Source: Promethearchaeota archaeon
GTDB taxonomy: Archaea > Asgardarchaeota > Heimdallarchaeia > Hodarchaeales > Hodarchaeaceae
Length of the DNA stretch: 24,000 nucleotides
Reading direction: 5' to 3'
Assembly (NCBI GenBank): GCA_048939265.1
Contig: JBHLPQ010000005.1
Coordinates: forward strand, 24,736 to 48,735
Below the pieces are notes generated by a model that did not search any database, was not told the origin of the DNA, and saw nothing but the letters and a program-made list of their open reading frames with translations. The position numbers were made by a program, and so were the translations under genes. This document shows positions 15,741 to 23,646 of the stretch, in pieces (the first letter of the stretch is position 1; every line of letters begins with the position of its first letter).

Positions 15741-17015
15741 CTAATTTTTTGGGGTGGCTCTCTCAACAGTTGTAAAGGTCATTGACAAAAGTAAAATAAT
15801 TGCTATGATTGTCATAATGCCTCCATAAATAAATGCAAAGGTAGGGGCTATATAATATAAAGATCCAGCAATGATTCCGCCAAGAATACCCGCAAATCCG
15901 ACAGAAGTCTGTAATAATCCTATTCCAGTTCCTTTAAGATCTTGGGGGAGTAAATCTACTGCGTATGCTTTTTGAATTCCATCAGTTGCAGCATTAAAAG
16001 CACCATATACTCCGAAAAATAGGAAAAGTAGGATAATATTTGTAGTAAATAGGAATCCAAAACATGTAATGGCATATAAAATTAGGCCAATTGCAAAAAC
16101 TTGTTTTCGACCATACTTATCAGACCAATCACCGAAAGGAATAGATAAAACCGTATAGATTATATTAAACCAAATAAAGATAATAATTGGAATTATTAAT
16201 AGCACTAGAGGGGTAGTCATTTCATTCATTCCTAAAACAGCTGTTTTTGAATGAAGAATAAACAAAAATATGGTAAAATTAGCTAATCCAAAGATTATTG
16301 AGACTAGTAGAAATTTATAATAGTTTTTAGGCAAATCTTTCAAATTTTGGATTAATGTAATTTTCAATTGCTCTCTTCTAGAACCATAATCAGCCGATTC
16401 TGAGATAAAAAATAATGGAATCAAAGCAAGTAGTGATATGAAAGCAGAAATGATAATAATAATCTTGAAAATTTCCAATTCACTGATTAAGATGTCGAAA
16501 AAGAGAAGAGCAATTATTAATGCTAGAAATGATCCAATAACAGCTCCTGCTGTGTCCATCATTCGATGAAAACCAAAAGCTTTTCCTCTTAAATTAATTG
16601 AAATTGAATCAGCGAGTAAAGAATCCCGTGGAGCACCTCGAATTCCTTTTCCTAATCTCTCAATCGGTTTCAAGATTAATATTTGTTCCCACGAGTTCGA
16701 TATACCAATTCCTAGTTTCGCAAAAAAAGGAATAAAATACCCTATAGTAATTATTTGTTTTCTTTTTCTTGTCTTATCAGATAAGTATCCGGAAAATACC
16801 TTGACAATATTTGCTACCGCGTCTCCTAAACCTCCAATGAATCCAATAACGATACTAGAGCCTCCTAACGCAGCGATAAAGAGAGGTAATACTGGAGTCA
16901 TCATCTCTCCTGATATGTCCGCAAAGAAAGAGACAAGACCCAGTAAAAGAACATTCCCTGAATACCATTTCACATGCTCCTTTTTTTTGATACCATTAGA
17001 AAGCTTCTGATTCAA
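15741..17015 (-). CDS. Major facilitator superfamily transporter
   Basis: The 424-aa product has about 12 hydrophobic spans in a two-halves organisation. It has MFS-like loop motifs (GYLSDKTRKRK after TM2, DKYGRKQVF after TM8). The substrate is not inferable. Confidence 0.8.
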   Translation of the reverse strand: MNQKLSNGIKKKEHVKWYSGNVLLLGLVSFFADISGEMMTPVLPLFIAALGGSSIVIGFIGGLGDAVANIVKVFSGYLSDKTRKRKQIITIGYFIPFFAKLGIGISNSWEQILILKPIERLGKGIRGAPRDSLLADSISINLRGKAFGFHRMMDTAGAVIGSFLALIIALLFFDILISELEIFKIIIIISAFISLLALIPLFFISESADYGSRREQLKITLIQNLKDLPKNYYKFLLVSIIFGLANFTIFLFILHSKTAVLGMNEMTTPLVLLIIPIIIFIWFNIIYTVLSIPFGDWSDKYGRKQVFAIGLILYAITCFGFLFTTNIILLFLFFGVYGAFNAATDGIQKAYAVDLLPQDLKGTGIGLLQTSVGFAGILGGIIAGSLYYIAPTFAFIYGGIMTIIAIILLLSMTFTTVERATPKN

Positions 17016-17153
17016 TAAATTCCACCCAGTCTCTTTCTTGAACTGACCTTTGATTGACCTGTACTTTTATTTAGCTTTTCTCTTCAGACTATCTAACTGT
17101 TATTTGCTGACAAAGATCTTAATCACAAAAGAGCTTTAGGAGTTTCTTTAATC

Positions 17154-18086
17154 ATGGATGTTATACTAATTGGAAACTCAAACTTTGCAGGTAAAATTGC
17201 AGAAGCATTACCATCTTCAGCCTACATTGGAATTGACGAAAGGATATTTTCTGATGGTGAAGTTTGTCCCCGCTTATTACTCTCTGAGGAGAACCAATTG
17301 AAAGGGGCCCACGTTGTTATTGCACTGCAATTGGAGCTGGATCAATCCAAAAACCAATATTTAGTCAGCTTACTCTGGACAATTTATAATGTTAAACGAC
17401 ATGATCCAGCACGAATTACATGTATAATGCCGTATCATCTCTATTCCAGACAAGATAGAGAATCTAGAAGGGGAGAACCTATTTCAAGCAGACATCTAGC
17501 TTCAGCACTAGAATCAGCTGGAATTGACGATTTTCTTACTATTAATTCACACACTTATGGAAAAGTAGATATTGCTCAATTTTTTACAAATTCTCAAGCT
17601 AACGATCTTTCTGCAATATCAATCTTAGGAACTGCTTTAAAATCACGTCTGTCATCCCCTCGAGAATGTATTTGTCTCTCCCCAGATGAAGGCGCTCTTT
17701 TTCTCGCAAAAGAGCTTGCGCAAGCAATGGACACACCTTATTTCGCTTCTATTCAAAAAACAAGGGATCCACAAACTGGTGAAATAACTCAAGAACTACA
17801 AACTCTTCCTTTCGAAATTAAGGATCAAACAGTGATTATTATAGATGATTTAGTTAGTTCTGGTAAAACGATGATTGGTGCTGCGAAGATCGCAAAAGCT
17901 AAAGGGGCTAAGGAAGTGATTTTTGCTTATATACACGCAGTTCATTCCCCCACTAGCTTTACAACAATGCTAGAAGTGAACCCCATTCTAACTATTGCTA
18001 CAGACACCATTAAAACAGATATCAGTGGACTTACCACTGTGAGTGTTATTCCTCTAATTTGTGACTGGATTAAAAAGAATAGCTAA
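17154..18086 (+). CDS. prs: Ribose-phosphate pyrophosphokinase (PRPP synthetase)
   Basis: It has FSDGEV near the N-terminus, PYHLYSRQDRE (the flexible-loop region) and a PRPP-binding motif IIIDDLVSSGKTM. Confidence 0.9.
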   Translation: MDVILIGNSNFAGKIAEALPSSAYIGIDERIFSDGEVCPRLLLSEENQLKGAHVVIALQLELDQSKNQYLVSLLWTIYNVKRHDPARITCIMPYHLYSRQDRESRRGEPISSRHLASALESAGIDDFLTINSHTYGKVDIAQFFTNSQANDLSAISILGTALKSRLSSPRECICLSPDEGALFLAKELAQAMDTPYFASIQKTRDPQTGEITQELQTLPFEIKDQTVIIIDDLVSSGKTMIGAAKIAKAKGAKEVIFAYIHAVHSPTSFTTMLEVNPILTIATDTIKTDISGLTTVSVIPLICDWIKKNS

Positions 18087-18121
18087 ATCAGTCACCCTGT
18101 GTTTATGCTTTAAAAACGATT

Positions 18122-18265
18122 TCAAGACTCCTGATATTTGTCTATAAGGTCACGGATGGCAGAACGTACAAATTCAGAACGATTTGGATATTTACCATTT
18201 CTGACTAATTCAGCCATGGCATCGATAAGCTCTTCCTCTACATAGAGAGTAACAGTTCGAATCAT
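18122..18265 (-). CDS. Ribbon-helix-helix (CopG/Arc/MetJ-type) DNA-binding protein, 47 aa; absent from the supplied ORF track
   Basis: My translation is MIRTVTLYVEEELIDAMAELVRNGKYPNRSEFVRSAIRDLIDKYQES. It shows the classic RHH pattern: an N-terminal beta strand (RTVTLYV), helix A, a G-x-Y/F-x-(N/S)-RSE turn and helix B. GAGGTG lies 3 nt upstream of the ATG. It is divergent from the methylthiotransferase gene, 68 bp away. Confidence 0.65.
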   Translation of the reverse strand: MIRTVTLYVEEELIDAMAELVRNGKYPNRSEFVRSAIRDLIDKYQES

Positions 18266-18333
18266 TTACACCTCTAGGGAAAAATCAAACACTTCAGTTT
18301 ATATCTCAGACATTAAAAAAAGGTTTTGCACAG

Positions 18334-19674
18334 ATGAATTGTTTGGATCATATTGCAATGAGAACTTTAGAAGAGAGTAAAACTTCTATTCATGTCTTAA
18401 ATTATGGATGTAGTGCTAATCGGGCTATTGCAGAAGGCTTAATGGGGATATTAAAAAGACATGGGTATACTCTCGCCAATTCTATAGAAGATGCTGAAGT
18501 AATAATTGTAAATACATGTGTTGTAAAGCAAAATACAGAGCATAGAATGAAGAGTAAATTACTATCTCTATATAAAACTAAGGAAATTATTGTGACTGGT
18601 TGTTTACCTGTTGTAATGCGTGATTGGATTTCAGAGAACTTACCCAATGCAAAGGTCCTCTTCCCAGAGGTTGCAAAGAACATTATAGAGGTACTTGAGA
18701 ATCGGCCTGTCTTAGAAACGAAGACTACTGTCCCTCACGAATGGTCACAGATGTATTCAGAAGAACGATTTCAATATAATCCTATCATTTCAACGATTGA
18801 AATATCTCGAGGATGTGTGGGAAATTGTGCTTTCTGTATAGTTAGAGATATTAAAGGAACAGTTCGCTCGCGTTCACAAGAATCAATCTTATCTGAAGTT
18901 CAGACCGCATTAGAACAAGGAAGTAGAGAAATTTGGCTTACCTCACAAGATAATGGTGCTTACGGCTGGGATTTCTCCCCCAGGATAAATATCTCAGATC
19001 TTATTAACTCTATCACATGTTTAAGAGGTAATTTTTTCATTCGAGTAGGAATGATGACTCCCATTGCAGTGAAAAGATTTTTCGATCCCTTGATTCAGCA
19101 GATACGGAATCCTAAGGTTTTTTCCTTTCTCCATTTACCGATTCAGGCAGGCTCTAATTCAGTTCTTCGAAGAATGAAAAGAAGAGAGACATATACATAT
19201 TTCATTGACCTTGTCCATCAATTACGCCATGAAATAGATGATTTTGTTCTAGCAACGGATATAATTGTTGGATTTCCAGGGGAATTGGAAGATGATTTCA
19301 AGGCGACTAAAGATCTTCTACAAAGAACAAAACCCGTAATTGTGAACATTTCGAAATATACAGATCGTCCTAATACACTAGCTTCAACCCTACCAAATAA
19401 GATCCCAACAAAAGTTAAAACTAGTAGAAGTCGAGAACTGACAAGATTAACTCAAGATCTAACTAAAAGAGAGCTAAAAAAATGGATTGGTTGGAAGGGA
19501 ATTGTATTAATTGACGAATATGGAAAATTTACTAATCAATATGTTGGAAGAAATCCCTCATATTTGCCAATAGTAATCGATGATAAAGATTTGTTACTAG
19601 GCCAGTTTGTTACAGTCTCTGTAACCGATCTTGGTCCAACATATCTTATTGGTGAAAGTGACAAGACCAATTAA
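18334..19674 (+). CDS. MiaB-like tRNA methylthiotransferase, archaeal/eukaryotic MtaB (CDKAL1) type
   Basis: It has an N-terminal UPF0004 domain (NYGCSANRAIAE...NTCVV), a radical-SAM cluster motif C-VGN-C-AF-C and a C-terminal TRAM-like domain (GQFVTVSVTDLGPTYLIGE). Confidence 0.9.
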   Translation: MNCLDHIAMRTLEESKTSIHVLNYGCSANRAIAEGLMGILKRHGYTLANSIEDAEVIIVNTCVVKQNTEHRMKSKLLSLYKTKEIIVTGCLPVVMRDWISENLPNAKVLFPEVAKNIIEVLENRPVLETKTTVPHEWSQMYSEERFQYNPIISTIEISRGCVGNCAFCIVRDIKGTVRSRSQESILSEVQTALEQGSREIWLTSQDNGAYGWDFSPRINISDLINSITCLRGNFFIRVGMMTPIAVKRFFDPLIQQIRNPKVFSFLHLPIQAGSNSVLRRMKRRETYTYFIDLVHQLRHEIDDFVLATDIIVGFPGELEDDFKATKDLLQRTKPVIVNISKYTDRPNTLASTLPNKIPTKVKTSRSRELTRLTQDLTKRELKKWIGWKGIVLIDEYGKFTNQYVGRNPSYLPIVIDDKDLLLGQFVTVSVTDLGPTYLIGESDKTN

Positions 19675-19684
19675 TCTTTCTATT

Positions 19685-19694
19685 AAAGAAAAAA
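19685..19694 (-). terminator. Oligo-T tract after tRNA-Leu
   Basis: The minus strand reads TTTTTTCTTT immediately after the discriminator base at 19695. Confidence 0.35.
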
Positions 19695-19890
19695 TGCGGG
19701 GGATGGGATTTTCGCCTGCTTAGTTTGAAGCTAAGCAATGTTTCGAACCCACGTACATCTATATGACTGGATTGCTTATCAAATGGCGATCTTAAGTCCA
19801 GCGCCTTTGGACAGCGCATTAATTTATGATATGTTAAGTTATCATCTAGCCCAATTAATGCTGCCTTTGACCTAGCTTGGCTACCCCCGC
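19695..19890 (-). tRNA. tRNA-Leu(TAA) interrupted by three inserted segments
   Basis: The exons give an 85-nt class II tRNA. Its parts are acceptor GCGGGGG/CCCCCGC, D arm GCCAAGCTAGGTCAAAGGC, anticodon stem CTGGA/TCCAG and loop CTTAAGA (anticodon 19792-19794). These are followed by a long variable arm TCATATAGATGTAC, T stem GTGGG/CCCAT and discriminator A. The insertions are 60 nt in the D-arm/position-26 region (19803-19862), 18 nt at 37/38 (19773-19790; helix CTTA/TAAG, bulges AGA and CAA) and 33 nt in the T loop (19709-19741; helix TTCG/CGAA, bulges AAA and AAT). Confidence 0.85.
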
Positions 19891-20048
19891 ATCTTAGAGA
19901 CATAGTCATATTGTTATGGGGGCAAGACTTGCTGGATGGGGATCAGTATTTATCTTTTTAAGGTATGACTATTAATTACCTATCTTAAGAAGCTCCTAAA
20001 AAAAAGAATGTACATCTTGAAATGGCTTAAATTGAATTCTCTAAGCTA

Positions 20049-20852
20049 ATGGATTATTTTTATTTAGAGATGATCAGATTGGTTGAAACTGATATATACA
20101 ATATATTAAAAAAGAATCCAACATGGGATTTTTCATCAGTTATTTTAGTAGAACCAAGTAAACCTCAAAATCTAGGTAATATCGCTCGCGTGATGATGAA
20201 TTTTGGCTTTTTAGACCTTGTACTAGTTAATCCTATTCTTAGCTTATCAGATCCCGAGATCAAGGTTATAGCTCGCCGTGCTGATATGATAATTAATCAA
20301 GCAAAGCTTTTTATGGATTTTCAGGAGGTAAGAGAGAATTTTGATTTCATAATTGGTACTACAGCTAGAGTAGGAGGTGATTACAATCTGAAAAGAATTA
20401 CTATCCCCCCAGAGCGGTTATTAGAGGAAGATTTTTCCTACAATAAGCTAGCAATCGTTTTTGGAAGAGAACAATCAGGTTTATCTAATGAGGAGATTAG
20501 TAGATGTGATTTATTGGTTACAATTCCAACTCACATCGCTTATCCTGTTTTGAACATTTCTCATGCAGTTGCTATTATTCTATACTACCTTTCTCAAAAA
20601 TTCCAAGAAATCTATCAAGTTTCAAAATCAAAATTAAAACACCGAGCGGCTTCATTTAGAGAACGCCAACAATTAGAAGGTTATTTTCAACAAGTGATTG
20701 AATCGACGGGTTATCACCCTGAAAAACATCACGTGGCATTACAAGCTTTTTCGAATATTCTCTCACGAGGATATGTCACAGGACGCGAGCTAACAACTTT
20801 AATGGGAGTAATGAAATGGATCAATCTTAAACTACAAAATAAAGAAAATTAA
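20049..20852 (+). CDS. trmJ: SpoU/TrmH-class (SPOUT) RNA 2'-O-methyltransferase, TrmJ-like
   Basis: It has SPOUT motifs VILVEPSKPQNLGNIARVMMNFG, AIVFGREQSGLSNEEI and LVTIPTHIAYPVLNISHAVAIILY, plus a C-terminal extension as in TrmJ. The true start may be the internal ATG at codon 8. Confidence 0.75.
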   Translation: MDYFYLEMIRLVETDIYNILKKNPTWDFSSVILVEPSKPQNLGNIARVMMNFGFLDLVLVNPILSLSDPEIKVIARRADMIINQAKLFMDFQEVRENFDFIIGTTARVGGDYNLKRITIPPERLLEEDFSYNKLAIVFGREQSGLSNEEISRCDLLVTIPTHIAYPVLNISHAVAIILYYLSQKFQEIYQVSKSKLKHRAASFRERQQLEGYFQQVIESTGYHPEKHHVALQAFSNILSRGYVTGRELTTLMGVMKWINLKLQNKEN

Positions 20853-20990
20853 ATTAGTTAACAATCTCAAGAAAAACCAAACTAAGGAAAACTCTAGAAT
20901 ATATAATAGAAAAAATTAATGAAAAGAAGAAAAAGGAAGATGTATTGCAGTCCTTATACTAATGAAGGCTTAAATTAAAGAAGAATCACA

Positions 20991-20997
20991 TATAAAT
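20991..20997 (+). promoter_or_regulatory. Putative TATA box for tRNA-Gly
   Basis: TATAAAT lies at -32 to -26 relative to the mature 5' end at 21023, in an AT-rich intergenic region. Confidence 0.35.
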
Positions 20998-21022
20998 TAG
21001 TTTCACAAAATCGTTACATCAA

Positions 21023-21095
21023 GCGCCGATAGTCCAGCCTGGTAAGACTCCTGTCTGCCACACAGGTGACCTGGGTTCAAATCCCGGTCGGCGCA
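21023..21095 (+). tRNA. tRNA-Gly(GCC), uninterrupted
   Basis: Fold: acceptor GCGCCGA/TCGGCGC, D arm GTCCAGCCTGGTAAGAC, anticodon stem CCTGT/ACAGG, loop CTGCCAC, T arm CTGGGTTCAAATCCCGG and discriminator A. It is 73 nt with no insertion. Confidence 0.95.
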
Positions 21096-21138
21096 TATCT
21101 TTTCTAAGGGGCAGATCTAATCACGAAATAGTACTTCA

Positions 21139-22140
21139 TCAGGAAATTTTCTTTCGGAAGGTATCCCATCCTTTCATTGGTATAGGAATTAATGTTTCAT
21201 TATGCGATACAAAAACGCCCTGAGAATCGGTACATTCGCCAATAACGAAGAATTGACAATTATTTTCAGTAAATATTTGTTCTAATTTTCCTAAATTGGA
21301 AGGTGGAATGGTAAAGACGAGTTCATATTCCTCACCACCAAACATAGTCATTTCTAAAATTGTGTCAAATGAATCTAATGAAGATTTCAGCTCAGGATGT
21401 ATAGGAAGGTCAGATAATATAATTCCAATGTTAGAAGCGTCTGCTAGCCAATGTAGTGAAATGGCTAATCCATCAGAGCTATCGATTGAGGATGTTGCTA
21501 AATCATGTTCACTAAGTAAAACCCCTTCTTTAAGTCTTGGTTGAGGTTCATAAAGAGATATAATGCCAATATCAAGAAGGTTATCTGGGATAGCGTCATA
21601 TTTTCTAGTTTCTGGAGATAAAAGGTAGTCTAAACACATCGAAGTTAATCCAAAATGTCCTGTGACACAGATTAAATCTTTTTGTTTAGCACTTCTTCTT
21701 GTTAATATTTTTCCATTTTCTATAGTCCCCACTCCTACCCCTGTTAGAACTGTTTCAACTGAAGACCCTAAATCGCCACCTAAATATTTCGCTCCATATC
21801 TATGGCTCGTTTTTTGGATCGCTGTAACTAATTCTTTGAGCTCACCCTCCTTCATTGTTTTTTCTAGAACTAAAGACGATATGAATAAATCAGGTGCTGC
21901 TCCTTTCGCTGCCAAGTCAGAGAATGTTATTGCTACTAGCTTTCCTCCTATTTGCTTCCACGTTTGGTTTGGGAGAAAGTCAGAATACCTAGTCATGGTG
22001 TCAATATTAACAAGGATATACGGATGGGTGTTACTGTGAAGGTACGCGTCCTCATTCTTCCCAATAAGGTTAGAAGAATCAATATATGTTTGTAGGAGAT
22101 TAATGATGTTAAATTCTCCCAAATTCTCAAGATCTTCCAT
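21139..22140 (-). CDS. thiL: Thiamine-monophosphate kinase-like protein (ThiL; AIR-synthase-related/PurM superfamily)
   Basis: It has LGEFNIINLL near the N-terminus, NEDAYL, LVNIDTM and AITFSDLAAKGAAP (the ThiL-type metal/ATP site), and a C-terminal PurM-C-like domain. I start it at the ATG at 22140 (MEDLENLGEF...). The track's 59-codon upstream extension overlaps the divergent protease gene and looks non-coding. Confidence 0.7.
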   Translation of the reverse strand: MEDLENLGEFNIINLLQTYIDSSNLIGKNEDAYLHSNTHPYILVNIDTMTRYSDFLPNQTWKQIGGKLVAITFSDLAAKGAAPDLFISSLVLEKTMKEGELKELVTAIQKTSHRYGAKYLGGDLGSSVETVLTGVGVGTIENGKILTRRSAKQKDLICVTGHFGLTSMCLDYLLSPETRKYDAIPDNLLDIGIISLYEPQPRLKEGVLLSEHDLATSSIDSSDGLAISLHWLADASNIGIILSDLPIHPELKSSLDSFDTILEMTMFGGEEYELVFTIPPSNLGKLEQIFTENNCQFFVIGECTDSQGVFVSHNETLIPIPMKGWDTFRKKIS

Positions 22141-22207
22141 TTGTATGAATAGATCTCGTTCCACTATTTTTATTTTCACTTTACATTTAGGTCTTTCGTG
22201 ATAGTAA

Positions 22208-23326
22208 ATGAGTGAAAACACAGCCAAAAGCCACGAAACTACTGAAGCGAAGTTACAAGCTTTTATACAGCCAATTGTTCTCGTAATCCTGATAGCCATT
22301 ATTTTATCATTATTCACTCTTGATCTCTATGCAGCAATTCAAGAAGAAAACCCAGACTACTCTCGTCCTGATATTTCACCAATTCCTGAAAATCCGGAGG
22401 ATCCAGGTGGCATAGCTTATGGAGCGATACTAAATATGATTTTTTATGTATCATTAGCTTTTATTGGTGGATTAATAGTTTTGATCATAATGAAGAAAGG
22501 GTTTATTCAGTTTTTAGCATATTTCTTTGCAGCGATGATGGGTTTTAGCTGGTTCGTCTTTGGCTACTTCTATGGAGTTGTCGTTTTAAACGGAGTTCTA
22601 AATCTATTCTGGACAGTCTTTCCTTCCTTCTTTCAACATTGGATTAATAATTTTTTTGACTGGAAGGTGATGTTTGGAGGACAATCGTTTTTCATAATAG
22701 AGATGTTGTTATATCTTTTTTCCATACTCTTAGCTTTACTAGGAGCCTTTTCATTTGGAATTCAGAATTTCGAAAAAATTTGGATCCGAAATGTAATGAT
22801 GATATTTTTTGGCGCAATGATTGGTTCAATGTTGGCAATACATCTTGGATTACTTACTACTGTACTCATTTTGGTAGGTTTATCAGTATATGACATTTAT
22901 GCTGTGTTTCGGGGCCCATTAAAAGGGATTATTGATCATGGACGTGAAACTGCACAACAATTCGAAAATAATATGGTTCCTATTGATGAAAGGGAATTTG
23001 AAAAAGTACCTTTGCTACCAGCTCTCCCCGTTTATTCTACTCCTTTGATAAATATTGGTTTGGGTGACTTTGCATTTTTCAGTATGTTAATCAGTGTTGC
23101 TGTAGTAATAGGTAGTGAATTAGGCACACCAATTCCCCTTATTGCAGCTCTAATTGGACTATTCACGGGAGCCTTTTTTACATTCAGATTATTAAGAAAG
23201 GATCGTGCTCTACCAGGTCTCCCTTTACCAATCTTTGGGGGATTGGGGTGTTTAGTTTTAGGGGTTTTAGGGAGCTTAGTACTTGGAATTATTACCCTAG
23301 ATATGATTGTAGCACTCTTTGTATGA
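22208..23326 (+). CDS. Presenilin/signal-peptide-peptidase family intramembrane aspartyl protease (peptidase A22, archaeal PSH-like)
   Basis: It is a polytopic membrane protein. The two catalytic motifs lie in adjacent TM helices separated by a hydrophilic loop: YD in LSVYDIYAVF and GxGD in NIGLGDFAFF. A degenerate PAL-like segment (PIPLIAAL) follows downstream. Confidence 0.8.
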   Translation: MSENTAKSHETTEAKLQAFIQPIVLVILIAIILSLFTLDLYAAIQEENPDYSRPDISPIPENPEDPGGIAYGAILNMIFYVSLAFIGGLIVLIIMKKGFIQFLAYFFAAMMGFSWFVFGYFYGVVVLNGVLNLFWTVFPSFFQHWINNFFDWKVMFGGQSFFIIEMLLYLFSILLALLGAFSFGIQNFEKIWIRNVMMIFFGAMIGSMLAIHLGLLTTVLILVGLSVYDIYAVFRGPLKGIIDHGRETAQQFENNMVPIDEREFEKVPLLPALPVYSTPLINIGLGDFAFFSMLISVAVVIGSELGTPIPLIAALIGLFTGAFFTFRLLRKDRALPGLPLPIFGGLGCLVLGVLGSLVLGIITLDMIVALFV

Positions 23327-23358
23327 TTACTCACTGGCTAAGAACTAAAGCTTGTAAA

Positions 23359-23646
23359 CTACATTGCGAAGAGCGCTTCTCTTTCAAGTTGGATAAGGTA
23401 TTCATTCACCTTTGTCTCGATATCAATGCCCAATTGTCCGGCTAAAATGATGGAATTCAAAAAAGTGGTAATAATTTCTTCAGCTACCTTTTCATTATTT
23501 AAAAGGTTGGGATCCACCATTTTTTGGAGTGAATTTACCAATCTTGGATTGAAAAAAGGTGATTTCACACTGTAACTTCCTGTGAAGTGATTAATCAATG
23601 TCTTAACTCTATCTTGAATCTCAGATACGCTCATATAATACTGCAT
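23359..23646 (-). CDS. Small all-alpha protein with MazG-like (NTP pyrophosphohydrolase) architecture; catalytic acidic motif not evident
   Basis: SEIQDRVKTLINHF at the N-terminus and EEIITTFLNSIILAGQLGIDIETKVNEYL near the C-terminus resemble the first and last helices of small MazG/YpjD-type proteins. I cannot find the central E-x2-E...E-x2-D metal-binding motif. Confidence 0.35.
   Translation of the reverse strand: MQYYMSVSEIQDRVKTLINHFTGSYSVKSPFFNPRLVNSLQKMVDPNLLNNEKVAEEIITTFLNSIILAGQLGIDIETKVNEYLIQLEREALFAM

Noticed and set aside
19646-19909. 87-aa minus-strand ORF
   Set aside because: It covers the entire tRNA-Leu(TAA) gene and its introns. There is no protein motif, and the tRNA fold explains the sequence.
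22141-22317. Apparent 110-bp head-to-head overlap between the ThiL-like ORF and the presenilin-like ORF
   Set aside because: The first 59 codons of the ThiL-like ORF have no family similarity. An internal ATG at 22140 gives the expected ThiL N-terminus (LGEF...). Using it leaves a normal 67-bp divergent intergenic region.
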